DNA of 63,946 nucleotides, counting the filler, from Sandaracinaceae bacterium (GTDB lineage: Bacteria; Myxococcota_A; Polyangia; Polyangiales; JADJQN01): assembly GCA_947483975.1 (NCBI GenBank). It is 7 parts of 7 records of this genome, joined end to end, with 100 filler letters (N's around TTAATTAATTAA, not from the genome) between each part and the next. Parts side by side here need not be neighbours in the genome. Positions count along the whole stretch, not along the records: positions 9,871 to 19,604 come from CANKOL010000193.1; positions 19,705 to 29,365 come from CANKOL010000195.1; 5 more parts are not named here. The stretch is one strand, 5' to 3'. Positions 10,223 to 19,864 of the stretch are shown here, piece by piece; positions within the stretch are counted from its first letter, which is position 1, and each line of letters opens with the position of its first letter. The notes under the pieces are model-generated. The model saw only the letters and a list, made by a program, of their open reading frames with translations. It was not told where the DNA came from and did not search any database. Both the position numbers and the translations under genes were made by a program.

Positions 10223-11737
10223 GTGGCGCTCGACGCGAGCGAGCGGACGGATCGCGCGCTCGAGCGCGTGCTGCCGGATCTCGTGCTGCGGCTCTCGGCG
10301 GACGGTCGCCTGCTCGACTATCGCGCGGGTCGGAGCCTCCAGAACACGCACCTCCTCGCGCCGTTCCTCGGGGCTTCCTTGGCCGACTTGGGCGGCGCCA
10401 TTCCGGGGTTCGATCCGGCGGTGATCTCGAACGGCTTGGCGGCGCTCCGCAGCGTGCTCGAGACCGGCGCGGAGGCGACGTTCGCGATCCGCTCGCCGAG
10501 CGGCAAAGACCTCGAGGTGCGGCTCTTTCCGACCGACGACGCACAGGAGATCGTCGCGTTGGTGCGCGACGTCAGCGCCGAGCGGCGCCTCGAGCGGCGG
10601 CTCGCGGTCTCCGAGCGCATGGCGACGGTCGGCACGGTCGCGGCGGGCGTCGCGCACGAGATCAACAACCCGCTGACCTATGTCCTCGCGAACGCTGGGC
10701 TCGCGCTCGAGGAGCTCGCGGCGGTCGACTCGGGCAAGCCGCTCGACACGCACGAGCTGCGCGCGATGTTGAGCGATGTGCTCGATGGCGCGCGCCGCGT
10801 GCAGCGGATCGTCGGCGATCTGCGGGTGTTCTCGCGCGTCGGCGAGACCGAGCAGCGGCGGAGCCTCGACGTCCGCGAGATCGTCGACTCGGCCGTTCAG
10901 CTGACGATCACGGAGCTCCGACACCGCGCGGTGCTCGAGCGCGACTATCGTCGGAGCGTGTTGGTCGTGGCGGACCCGAGCCGGCTCGCGCAGGTCTTCG
11001 TCAACCTGCTCGTCAACGCGACGCAGGCGCTCCCGGGCGAGGGGCCCGTGAAGCACCGGGTGCGCGTGACGGTGGACCTCGACGAGCAGGGCTGGCAGTG
11101 CGTCGAGGTCTCGGACACCGGGCCCGGCATCGCGGCAGAGACGCTCTCTCGGGTGTTCGAGCCGTTCTACACGACGCGAGCCGAGCGCGGCGGGACGGGG
11201 CTCGGCCTCTCGATCTGTCAGCGCATCGTCGTGGAGCACGGCGGCTTCCTCGAGGTCGAGAGCGTCGTCGGTGAGGGCGCGACGTTCCGCGTGCGCCTGC
11301 CGCCCGCCCCGGTGCGGCACTCGACGACGCCGCCCGCCGGGCCGCCCCATCACGCGCCGCTCCGCGGGCGAATCCTCATCGTCGACGACGAGGTGCAGGT
11401 CGCTCGCGCCCTCGCGCGCACGCTCTCGCCGCACGGCGTCCTCTGCGTGCACTCCGCCGACGAGGCGCTCGCCGCGCTCGAGCGCAGCCCCTTCGACCTC
11501 GTGCTCTGCGACCTGATGATGCCGGACAAGAGCGGCGCGGAGCTCTTCGAGGAGGCCATCGCGCGCTGGCCTCAGCTCGAGGCGCGCTTCGTGTTTCTGA
11601 CGGGCGGCGCGCTCAGCCCAGCGACCGCGAGCCTGCTCGCCGCGCGACCCGAGCAGTGGCTCGCCAAGCCGCTGCTGCCGAAGCTGCTGCGCGAGCGTGT
11701 CGCCGCCGAGCTCGCGCAGCACGGCCCTCTCCGCTGA
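10223..11737 (+). CDS. Hybrid sensor histidine kinase (PAS-like, HisKA, HATPase, receiver)
   Basis: H-box AHEINNPL, N-box QVFVNLLVNA, DTGPGI, FEPFYTT, GTGLGL; receiver ILIVDDE, CDLMMP, FLTG, KP. Confidence 0.93.
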   Translation: MALDASERTDRALERVLPDLVLRLSADGRLLDYRAGRSLQNTHLLAPFLGASLADLGGAIPGFDPAVISNGLAALRSVLETGAEATFAIRSPSGKDLEVRLFPTDDAQEIVALVRDVSAERRLERRLAVSERMATVGTVAAGVAHEINNPLTYVLANAGLALEELAAVDSGKPLDTHELRAMLSDVLDGARRVQRIVGDLRVFSRVGETEQRRSLDVREIVDSAVQLTITELRHRAVLERDYRRSVLVVADPSRLAQVFVNLLVNATQALPGEGPVKHRVRVTVDLDEQGWQCVEVSDTGPGIAAETLSRVFEPFYTTRAERGGTGLGLSICQRIVVEHGGFLEVESVVGEGATFRVRLPPAPVRHSTTPPAGPPHHAPLRGRILIVDDEVQVARALARTLSPHGVLCVHSADEALAALERSPFDLVLCDLMMPDKSGAELFEEAIARWPQLEARFVFLTGGALSPATASLLAARPEQWLAKPLLPKLLRERVAAELAQHGPLR

Positions 11738-12606
11738 TGGGCGCGCCGACGAAGTCCCCTGAAACGCCCGCTGCGCGGCTCGTGCGCGCGGACGGCGGGA
11801 GCGAGCCGACCTCGCAGAACGTGCGCTACGTCGTCGCGCTCGCCGACGGCGCCGAGGTCGAGGCGGTGCTCTACCGCGGCGACACGCTCTGTGTCTCCTC
11901 GCAGGTCGGCTGCGCCGTGCGCTGTCCGTTCTGCGCGTCGGGCGCGAACGGGCTCGGGCGACACCTGACGCACGCGGAGCTCCTCGCGCAGGTCGACCTC
12001 GTGCGGGCGCGTCCAGAGGGCGCCGCGCTCGCGCGGGTCACGGTCAGCGGCGTCGGCGAGCCGCTGCACAACCTCGACGCCGTCGAGGCGCTCGTGCACA
12101 CGCTGCGCGCGCAGCGCATCGCGCCGAGCCTGACGACCTCCGGCGGCAGCGCCGAGCGGCTGACGCGCGCGCTCGGGCTCCCGCACAACGGGCTGACGCT
12201 CTCCGTGCACGCGGGCACTGACGCCGCGCGGGCGCGGCTCGTGCCGCACGCGCCCTCGCTCGAGGTGCTGTTCGAGACGCTGCACGCCGCGCTGCCGAGC
12301 CTCTCGCGCTCGAGGCGCCGCAAGGTCGCGCTCGCGTACCTGCTGATCGCGGGCGAGAACGACGCGGACGCCGAGCTCGACGCCTTCCTCGCGCGGGCCC
12401 TCCCGCTCGCGCTGCCGGTGCATCTCTTCGCGTACAACCCCGTGCCGACGAGCGCTGCGCGGCCCGTCTCTCGCGCGCAATTCGACGCGGCGTACGCGCG
12501 GCTCCGCGAGGCGGGGCTCGTCGTCCGCATGAGCTCGACGGCGCGCGTCGAGGCGAACGGCGGCTGCGGCACGCTCGTCGCCGTGCGCGCAGCCCGCGCC
12601 GTCTGA
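11737..12606 (+). CDS. RlmN/Cfr-like radical SAM methyltransferase, short form
   Basis: TLCVSSQVGCAVRCPFC, SGVGEPLHN and C-terminal GGCGTL; ATG at 11737 overlaps the kinase stop. Confidence 0.85.
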   Translation: MGAPTKSPETPAARLVRADGGSEPTSQNVRYVVALADGAEVEAVLYRGDTLCVSSQVGCAVRCPFCASGANGLGRHLTHAELLAQVDLVRARPEGAALARVTVSGVGEPLHNLDAVEALVHTLRAQRIAPSLTTSGGSAERLTRALGLPHNGLTLSVHAGTDAARARLVPHAPSLEVLFETLHAALPSLSRSRRRKVALAYLLIAGENDADAELDAFLARALPLALPVHLFAYNPVPTSAARPVSRAQFDAAYARLREAGLVVRMSSTARVEANGGCGTLVAVRAARAV

Positions 12607-12725
12607 AGGGGCGCGCGCGCTCGGTCGCCAATGCCTGCGATGGCACGATCCGTGTTTGTATGTGCTCCAACGGTCGTCTCGCCCGCGCTGGGTGAGGTCG
12701 GCCGTCCCCGCACGAGGAGCGCGTC

Positions 12726-14669
12726 ATGTCCCGAACTTCCCTTCGCCTCTCGCCTCCCGCCTGGGTCTTCGCGCTCGCGCTCGCCGTCACGCCGGGCTGC
12801 GACTGCGGCGGCGGTACGCTCGTCCGGGGACCGCTGACCTGCACCTCCGGCGACACCTGTCCCTCAGGCTCCTGCGTCGATGGACACTGCGCGCCCGTCT
12901 CGGCGAGCTGCCTCGATCACGACGGTGACGGCTACGGGAGAGGCTGCCCGCGCGGTCCCGACTGCGACGACACCGACCGCACGCAGACGGGCGTCGAGGT
13001 CTGCGACGGCGCGGACAACGACTGCGATGGGACCATCGACGAGGACGTGATGTCCGCGTGCGGCGACTGCGACCCTTCGTGCGTGAGCGCCGGCGTCGGC
13101 GTCGGCACCGGCTCGCGCTTCGCGCCCGACGGCGCGACGGGCGACACCGCGGACGGCGTCGGGCTCGACGCGGACGGCGCGCTCGTCCTCGACTCGCGCG
13201 CGGTCAACACGCACATCATCTGGGTCGCGAACACCGAGCAGGGCACCGTGTCGAAGATCGACACGGACACCTTCGCGGAGCTGGCGCGCTACATCACCGG
13301 GCCCGACGGCGCGGGCAACGATCCCTCGCGCACGACGGTCAATTCGCTCGGCGATGTGTACGTCGCGAACCGCGCGGGGCGCTCCGTGTCGAAGATCTCC
13401 GTGCTCGGCGCGGGCTGCCCCGACGCGAACGGGGACGGCGTCGTCAACACCTCGACGGGCCCGAGCGACGTGAAGGAGTGGGGCACCGATGAGTGCGTCC
13501 TCTGGAGCACGCGGCTCGACGGCGCGGATCTGCTGCGCTCGGCTGCCGCGCAGGACGACACCGGACCCGACGGCGAGGTCATCCCGTATGTGTGGATCGG
13601 CTCGTGGAATCGCCTGCTCTGGAAGCTCGATGGTACGACCGGCGCGCAGATCCTGCAGACCGAGTCGCCGACCAACAATTACGGCTTCGCGCTCGATGGG
13701 ACCGGCAACCTCTGGATCTCCGGGCGCGGCAGCCCGCAGGCGCTCGGGCGCATCGACACGCGGCGCTGCCTCGACGCCGCGAGCTGTGCTGCGGCGACCT
13801 GCGAAGGGCAGGGCCCCGGCTTCGACGACTGCGTGAAGCAGCGAATCCCGGCGCCGGGCGAGACCTACGGGATCACCGTCGACTTCATGCAGCGCGTGTG
13901 GATCGCGGGGTACGGCGGCGGGGATCGCATCATGCGCTACGACCCGAGCGCGGCCGCGGGCGCGCGCTTTCAGTCGGTGACGCCGGGCTTCGAGATGTCG
14001 GGCATCGCGGCCGACGGCGTGGGCTGGATCTGGGCGGCGGGGCACGGCCACGGGGTCGTGCGGGTCAACGCCGACACGCTCGAGTATCAGATCGTCGCGG
14101 GCACGCCCGGCCCGTACGCGAAGGGCATGGCGATCGACCAGACCGGCAAGATCTGGGCGATCAACCAGAACGGCGCGAACGACGCGACCGTGATCACGCC
14201 GGGCCCCGGCATCGGCGACGCGACCGTCGCCCTCGGCATCTCGCCCGGGCCGTCGATGCGCTACACGTACTCGGATATGACGGGCCAGCAGCTGCGGCTC
14301 GCGACCAACCCGTTCGGCTACTACCGGCACGTCTTCGAGGGCTGCACGGACTCGACGACGACGACCGAGTGGCGCGACCTCGCGTGGACGGCGAGCGTGC
14401 CGCCGGGGACGACGCTCCGCTTCCGCGTGCGCACCGCCGCGACCCGCACCGCGCTCGACGCGGCCGAGTGGGTGATCGTCGCGAACGTCCCGCCCGACGC
14501 GTCGCCCGCGGACGTCCTCTCGGCGCTCGGCGTCGCGGGCATCGCGCCGGGGCGCTTCCTCGAGCTCGAGGTGCGGCTCGAGAGCGAGCGGACCTCGGGC
14601 ACGGCGGTGATCACGCCGCGCGTGTCCACGATGGACGTCGCGCACGTCTGCGTACCGATCCTCGGCTGA
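12726..14669 (+). CDS. Secreted Cys-rich lipoprotein with CDGxDNDCD motif and beta-propeller (paralogue 1)
   Basis: Signal peptide ending PGC; DHDGDGY...DCDD...EVCDGADNDCDG; WVAN/WIS/WIA/WAI propeller repeats. Confidence 0.8.
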   Translation: MSRTSLRLSPPAWVFALALAVTPGCDCGGGTLVRGPLTCTSGDTCPSGSCVDGHCAPVSASCLDHDGDGYGRGCPRGPDCDDTDRTQTGVEVCDGADNDCDGTIDEDVMSACGDCDPSCVSAGVGVGTGSRFAPDGATGDTADGVGLDADGALVLDSRAVNTHIIWVANTEQGTVSKIDTDTFAELARYITGPDGAGNDPSRTTVNSLGDVYVANRAGRSVSKISVLGAGCPDANGDGVVNTSTGPSDVKEWGTDECVLWSTRLDGADLLRSAAAQDDTGPDGEVIPYVWIGSWNRLLWKLDGTTGAQILQTESPTNNYGFALDGTGNLWISGRGSPQALGRIDTRRCLDAASCAAATCEGQGPGFDDCVKQRIPAPGETYGITVDFMQRVWIAGYGGGDRIMRYDPSAAAGARFQSVTPGFEMSGIAADGVGWIWAAGHGHGVVRVNADTLEYQIVAGTPGPYAKGMAIDQTGKIWAINQNGANDATVITPGPGIGDATVALGISPGPSMRYTYSDMTGQQLRLATNPFGYYRHVFEGCTDSTTTTEWRDLAWTASVPPGTTLRFRVRTAATRTALDAAEWVIVANVPPDASPADVLSALGVAGIAPGRFLELEVRLESERTSGTAVITPRVSTMDVAHVCVPILG

Positions 14670-14840
14670 GCGCGCCCCTGACCGACCGCTGCCTGACCGC
14701 TGCCCGTCGTGTCGGCCAGCAGCGCCTTCGGCGCACGCTCACCGCGCGGTTCTCAAGTCGGGCCTGATCCGGCATACTGGGCGCTCGCTTGCCTCGTCCG
14801 CCGTGAGTGAGGTCCGTCGTACCCGACCGAGGAGAGCTCC

Positions 14841-16883
14841 ATGTCTCGACCGTCTTTCCAGCTTCGCTTCGGATTCCTCGCGGTCTGTCTCTTCGCGACC
14901 GCCCTCGCGGTCACGCCCGGCTGCGACTGCGGCGGGGCCAAGCTCGTCGCCGGGGCCTGCACCTCGAGCACGATGTGCCCCGCCGGGCTCTGCGTCGACG
15001 GGCGCTGCGTCGGTGATCCCGCCGCCTGCACCTCGGGCTCCACGTGTCCCTCCGGCACCTGCCTCGACGGACACTGCACGGCGGTCCCGCCAGGCTGCGT
15101 CGACCATGACGCCGATGGCTACGGCGAGGGCTGCCCGCGCGGCCCGGACTGCGACGACAACGATCATGCGCAGACGGGCACCGAGATCTGCGACGGCGCG
15201 GACAACGACTGCGACACGCTGATCGACGAGGAGGTGCTCACGGCGTGCGGGGACTGCGACCCCTCGTGCACGAGCTCCGGCATCGGCATCGGCGCGGGCG
15301 CGGCCTTCGTGCCCGACGGCTCGACGGGCGACACGGCGGAGGGCGTCGGCGTCGACGCGATGGGCGCGCTCGTGCTCGACTCGCGCGCGATCAACACGCA
15401 CGTGATCTGGATCGCGAACACCTCGGACGGCTCCGTGTCGAAGGTCGACACGGACACCTACCTGGAGCTCGCGCGCTACATCACGGGGCCCGATGGCGCG
15501 AGCAACGACCCCTCGCGCACCAGCGTGAACTCGCTCGGCGACGTCTACGTCGGCAACCGCGGCGGGCGCTCGGTGACCAAGATCTCCGTGCTCGGCGCCG
15601 AGTGCGCGGACGTCAACGGCGACGGCGTCGTCAACACCTCGACGGGGCCGGGCGACGTGAAGGCTTGGGGCACGGACGAGTGCGTGCTCTGGAACACGCG
15701 CTTCGCCAACGCCGACCTCATCCGCGCGGTCGCCGCGCAGGACGTCATCGGGCCCGACGGCGAGGTCATCCCGTACGTCTGGATCGGCTCGTACAGCGAG
15801 AGCGCGACGGGCAGCGGTGCCGACTACGGCTTCGTCTGGAAGCTCGACGGCGCGACGGGCACGGTCATCCTCGAGACCGACTCGCCCACCTTCGACTACG
15901 GCTTCGCGCTCGACGCCGCGGGCAACCTCTGGATCTCCGGGCTCGGCAATCAGTCGCTCGGTCGGCTCGACACCACGCGCTGCCTCGACGCCGCGAGCTG
16001 CTCGGCGGCGACGTGCACTGGCGAGGGCGCGGGCTTCGACGACTGCGTGAAGCAGCGCATCCCGCTGCCGAGCGGCTCGTACGGGATCACGGTCGACTTC
16101 GCGCAGCGCGTCTGGCTCGCCGGCTATCAGGGCTCCAACTACATCATGCGGTACGACCCGCGCGCCGCGGCGGGCTCGCGCGTCGCGAGCATCGCGCCCG
16201 GCTTCATCACCGGCGGCATCACGGCGGACGCGGTCGGCTGGATCTGGGCCGCCGGCTACGAGCAGGGCGTCGTGCGCATCAACGCCGACGACATGAGCTG
16301 GCAGATCGTCGCCGGCACGCCGGGCCCGACGGCCAAGGGCATGGCGATCGATCAGACCGGCAAGATCTGGGTGATCAACCAGAACGGCTCCAACGACGCG
16401 ACGGTGATCACGCCGGGCCCCGGCATCGGTGACGCGACGCTGGCGTCTGGAATCTCGCCTGGGCCGTCGATGCGCTACACGTACTCGGACATGACGGGCC
16501 AGCAATTGCGGCTCGCGACCAACCCGTTCGGCTACTACCGGCACATCTTCGAGGGCTGCACCGACTCGACGACGACGACCGAGTGGCGCGACCTCGCGTG
16601 GACCGCGGACACCCCCGCCGGCACGACGGCGCGTTTCCGCGTGCGCACCGCCGCGACGCGCGCGGCGCTCGACGCCGCCGTCTGGGTGATCGTCGCGAAC
16701 GTGCCGCCGGACGCTTCCCCAGCGGACATCCGCGCGGGGCTGATGGGCGCGGGCATCGAGCAGGCGCGCTTCCTCGAGCTCGAGGTGCGCCTCGAGAGCA
16801 CGCGTACCTCCGGCACCGCGGTCGTGACGCCGCGCGTGTCGGCGATGGACGTCGCGCACGTCTGCGTGCCGATCATCGGCTGA
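14841..16883 (+). CDS. Secreted Cys-rich lipoprotein with CDGxDNDCD motif and beta-propeller (paralogue 2)
   Basis: Collinear with 12726..14669, with long identical peptide blocks and one extra N-terminal four-Cys repeat. Confidence 0.8.
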   Translation: MSRPSFQLRFGFLAVCLFATALAVTPGCDCGGAKLVAGACTSSTMCPAGLCVDGRCVGDPAACTSGSTCPSGTCLDGHCTAVPPGCVDHDADGYGEGCPRGPDCDDNDHAQTGTEICDGADNDCDTLIDEEVLTACGDCDPSCTSSGIGIGAGAAFVPDGSTGDTAEGVGVDAMGALVLDSRAINTHVIWIANTSDGSVSKVDTDTYLELARYITGPDGASNDPSRTSVNSLGDVYVGNRGGRSVTKISVLGAECADVNGDGVVNTSTGPGDVKAWGTDECVLWNTRFANADLIRAVAAQDVIGPDGEVIPYVWIGSYSESATGSGADYGFVWKLDGATGTVILETDSPTFDYGFALDAAGNLWISGLGNQSLGRLDTTRCLDAASCSAATCTGEGAGFDDCVKQRIPLPSGSYGITVDFAQRVWLAGYQGSNYIMRYDPRAAAGSRVASIAPGFITGGITADAVGWIWAAGYEQGVVRINADDMSWQIVAGTPGPTAKGMAIDQTGKIWVINQNGSNDATVITPGPGIGDATLASGISPGPSMRYTYSDMTGQQLRLATNPFGYYRHIFEGCTDSTTTTEWRDLAWTADTPAGTTARFRVRTAATRAALDAAVWVIVANVPPDASPADIRAGLMGAGIEQARFLELEVRLESTRTSGTAVVTPRVSAMDVAHVCVPIIG

Positions 16884-16953
16884 GCGATCCGAGCAGAGGT
16901 GGCCGCGGTCGGCCGCCTTTGACTCGCTCTCGCGGTTCCTGCAGCCTCGCCCG

Positions 16954-18252
16954 GTGCTCCCGATTTTTCGCGCCTTCGGCCTCTTCGGCGCCTGCTGCTT
17001 TGTGGCGCTGCTGACGGCGCCGCGCGTCGCGGCGGCGGGCTTCGCCGTGATCGACGACGGCGGCGCAGAGCGCGCGGACGCGCGTTTTCCGCGGGAGTCT
17101 TCGCTCGTGTTGACGCGCTCGCGCATCGCGGTGCGCTGCTCTTCGGAGCACGAGGGGGTGCTCTGTCGCGTCGTCGAGCGGGCGACGGTCGAGAATCCGT
17201 CCGACGCGCGCGTGACGGTGCTGGTCGGGACGCACGGGACGCTCACCGTCGACGGACTCGCCGCGGCGGCGCTCACGCTCGCGCTGGTCGATCGGCGGGC
17301 GCTCGCCTGCGCCGTGGACGCGCTCGAGCACCGGCACGGCGTCGGCGCTTGCCCGCCCGACGCGGAGTGGACCGAGCGAACGGCGCGCGTCGAGGTGCCG
17401 GCGCACGGGCGCGTGGAGCTCGTCGAGCGCTGGCAGGACGCGGAGCCGGGCGAGCGTCCCGAGGGGCTGCACGCGCTCGAGGGCGGCTACGACGCGCTCT
17501 CGGTGCGGCACGCGTGGCTCGCCATCGGCTTCGACGAGCCGGAGTATCTGCGCGTCGCGCTCCGCACGGCGCCCGGGCGCACGCTGCGCGGCGTGCCGGA
17601 GAGCGAGGTCGTCGCGTCGATGCCGCGCGCGTGGGCGGCGGGCTCGATGTTCACGCCGCTCGACTCGGTGCGCGAGGGGGACCGGCGCGTCGTGAGGTTT
17701 CAGCTGAGCCGCGAGGGCGAGGCGGCGCGCTGCCTCGCCGCGCTGCCGACGTCGATGGAGGGCATCGACCCGAGCGAGTTCTCGAGCCGCCTCGAGGTGC
17801 TCGAGGAGCAGTGCCATGAGCGGCCGATCGACGTCGCTCGCCCGTCGTCGGGGCTGCTCGCGCACGGCGGGCCGTACGTGGCGCTCGGCGCGCGCGCGGA
17901 GCACGACGTCGAGTCTCGCGTGCGCCTCCGCGCGGGCTACGAGTTCGCGATGTTCTTCAGCGGGCTGCTCGGCTCGCTCGCCGCCGACCTCGACTTCGAT
18001 GGGCGGCTCTCGGTGTCGCCCGCGGTCGAGCTTGCCGCGCCGTTCGTGCCCGCGGCGCTGCTGATGCCGAGCTTCTCCGTCGGCGTCGGCGCGGTGCTGA
18101 ACCTGCTGCCAGAGGCGCGCGCGGGGCTGCGCTTGCTCTTCGGCGCGCACTATCCGCTGCTCGGCGTCGTCGTCGCGTGGGATCTGTTCCCGGCGACGGC
18201 CGACCTGCCCGCCGACACGCAGTGGACGGTGCTCGCGCGCGTCAGCTTGTGA
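16954..18252 (+). CDS. Hypothetical exported protein with beta-strand-rich C-terminus
   Basis: 432-aa ORF with GC-ending codons and a signal-like N-terminus; no family recognised. Confidence 0.6.
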   Translation: MLPIFRAFGLFGACCFVALLTAPRVAAAGFAVIDDGGAERADARFPRESSLVLTRSRIAVRCSSEHEGVLCRVVERATVENPSDARVTVLVGTHGTLTVDGLAAAALTLALVDRRALACAVDALEHRHGVGACPPDAEWTERTARVEVPAHGRVELVERWQDAEPGERPEGLHALEGGYDALSVRHAWLAIGFDEPEYLRVALRTAPGRTLRGVPESEVVASMPRAWAAGSMFTPLDSVREGDRRVVRFQLSREGEAARCLAALPTSMEGIDPSEFSSRLEVLEEQCHERPIDVARPSSGLLAHGGPYVALGARAEHDVESRVRLRAGYEFAMFFSGLLGSLAADLDFDGRLSVSPAVELAAPFVPAALLMPSFSVGVGAVLNLLPEARAGLRLLFGAHYPLLGVVVAWDLFPATADLPADTQWTVLARVSL

Positions 18253-19021
18253 GGCGGTCGAGCGCCTCGCGGAACGCCGCCGGGTCGCTCAGGCGCAGCG
18301 AGCCCGCGACGGCGATGCGGTGCAGGCGACGCTCGGCTTGCTCGGCGCGCGCGAAGGCTGCGTTCGCGGCCTCGCGCTGACTGCGCCGAACGGCGTGCGT
18401 GAAGGCGAACGCGGCGCCTTGCGCGGTGAAGGCGATGAACGCGCCGGCGAGCAGCAGCCCGGCTTTGCCCGCCGCGTGCTCTGCGCCGAAGAGCCCGCCG
18501 AGCCCGGCGACGACCGTCAGCCCGAGCCCCGCGAGCACGCCGAGCCCCGCGGCGACGTAGCCCGCGCGGTCGGCGATGACGCTGCGCGCGAGGGAGCGCA
18601 GCCCGACGCGGCGCCAGAAGTCGCTCTCTGCCGCGAGGCGCGTAGAGAGCGCGAGCAGCGGATCGGCGCCGAGCAGCTCTGGGGACGGCGCCGTCGGCAA
18701 CAGCGACTCGAGCGTCTCGGCGTTCGACCGCGCGAGCGAGCGCGACGCGGCGAGGACGCCTGAGCCGAGCGCGTCCGCGAGCTGCGTGGCGCTCCGCTGC
18801 AGCGCGTCGCTGACGTCGGGCGCGTGCGTCGCCGGCTTGCCGTTGGTGGCTGGCTTCGTGGCGACGACCGGGGGCGCTTCCGCCGCGGGGACTGGCGCGC
18901 TCGTCGCCGAGGCGTCGGCTACGGGCGCATCGGGGACCGGCGCGTCGGCGAGGGGCGCGGCGACGGGAGGCGAGGCGGGAGCGAGCGCGGCGGCGGGCGT
19001 CGTGGCGGGGACCGTGGACAT
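18242..19021 (-). CDS. Hypothetical membrane protein
   Basis: Ala/Pro-rich N-terminus and two hydrophobic helices near the C-terminus. Confidence 0.65.
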   Translation of the reverse strand: MSTVPATTPAAALAPASPPVAAPLADAPVPDAPVADASATSAPVPAAEAPPVVATKPATNGKPATHAPDVSDALQRSATQLADALGSGVLAASRSLARSNAETLESLLPTAPSPELLGADPLLALSTRLAAESDFWRRVGLRSLARSVIADRAGYVAAGLGVLAGLGLTVVAGLGGLFGAEHAAGKAGLLLAGAFIAFTAQGAAFAFTHAVRRSQREAANAAFARAEQAERRLHRIAVAGSLRLSDPAAFREALDRLTS

Positions 19022-19092
19022 GGCCCGATGCTACGCCGCGGTCGCGCCGCCGTGCGAACGTTCTGTGTCCGCGCTCGCGCAGCGCGGCTGCG

Positions 19093-19323
19093 TTATTCGG
19101 CCGTCGCGGCGAACCAGGCTTCGCCGATGGCGTAGAGCGTGTCTTCGCTCGTCGTGTCGCCCTCGGGCACGCCGTTGGCGGCGCCGAAGGTGAAGACGAT
19201 GCGGCCGACGGGGATACCCTCGACGAGGACCGTGAACGAGTCCTCCCCGAGCGCTTGGATCTTGTAGGTGATGCCTTCGAGTTCGACGGTCTTGTTGGCG
19301 ACGTCGACGGTGGGGGTGCTCAT
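19093..19323 (-). CDS. Small acidic hypothetical protein (76 aa)
   Basis: ATG at 19323; globular composition and host-like codon bias. Confidence 0.7.
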   Translation of the reverse strand: MSTPTVDVANKTVELEGITYKIQALGEDSFTVLVEGIPVGRIVFTFGAANGVPEGDTTSEDTLYAIGEAWFAATAE

Positions 19324-19379
19324 GGGCGCGCTTCGTAGCATGGCCGGGCGGGTCCCGGCGATAGCTAGCGTGCGAGTGC

Positions 19380-19604
19380 TCAGCGGCCCGTCGCCGCGCG
19401 CTCGAGCAGGTCCTGCGGGCGGGGCGCGAGCGTCAGCGTGCGCGGGGGCAACACGGTGAGTCGGTCGGGGCGGCTCGCCTCGTACGCGACGAGCCCGAAG
19501 CCCGTCGTGCGCCCGCGCGCGGCCCAGCGGATGGCGAGCGGCAGGGTGCGGCGCTCGCCTGCGCGCAGGGAGGAGAGGTGCACGCGGAGGAGACCGCGCG
19601 CGTC
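19380..19604 (-). CDS. C-terminal fragment of an unknown protein (truncated by contig edge)
   Basis: Frame is open from the N gap to the stop at 19380. Confidence 0.45.
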   Translation of the reverse strand, partial: DARGLLRVHLSSLRAGERRTLPLAIRWAARGRTTGFGLVAYEASRPDRLTVLPPRTLTLAPRPQDLLERAATGR

Positions 19605-19704
19605 NNNNNNNNNNNNNNNNNNNNNNNNNNNNNNNNNNNNNNNNNNNNTTAATTAATTAANNNNNNNNNNNNNNNNNNNNNNNNNNNNNNNNNNNNNNNN
19701 NNNN
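19605..19704. other. Artificial contig linker
   Basis: 44 N + TTAATTAATTAA + 44 N. Confidence 0.99.
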
Positions 19705-19864
19705 ACGCGGCGCGGCTCGACGGGATGATCGTAGTCAAACCGCATTCTGCAGCGCCGACGCCCCCCGATAGGGACGTTGCCTTTGTGCTGACAGTAAAAT
19801 TCTTGGGGGAGTCCGCGCGCTCGCTTGTGACTTCCTGGGACGCGAGGCACGCTCCCAAAGGGCG

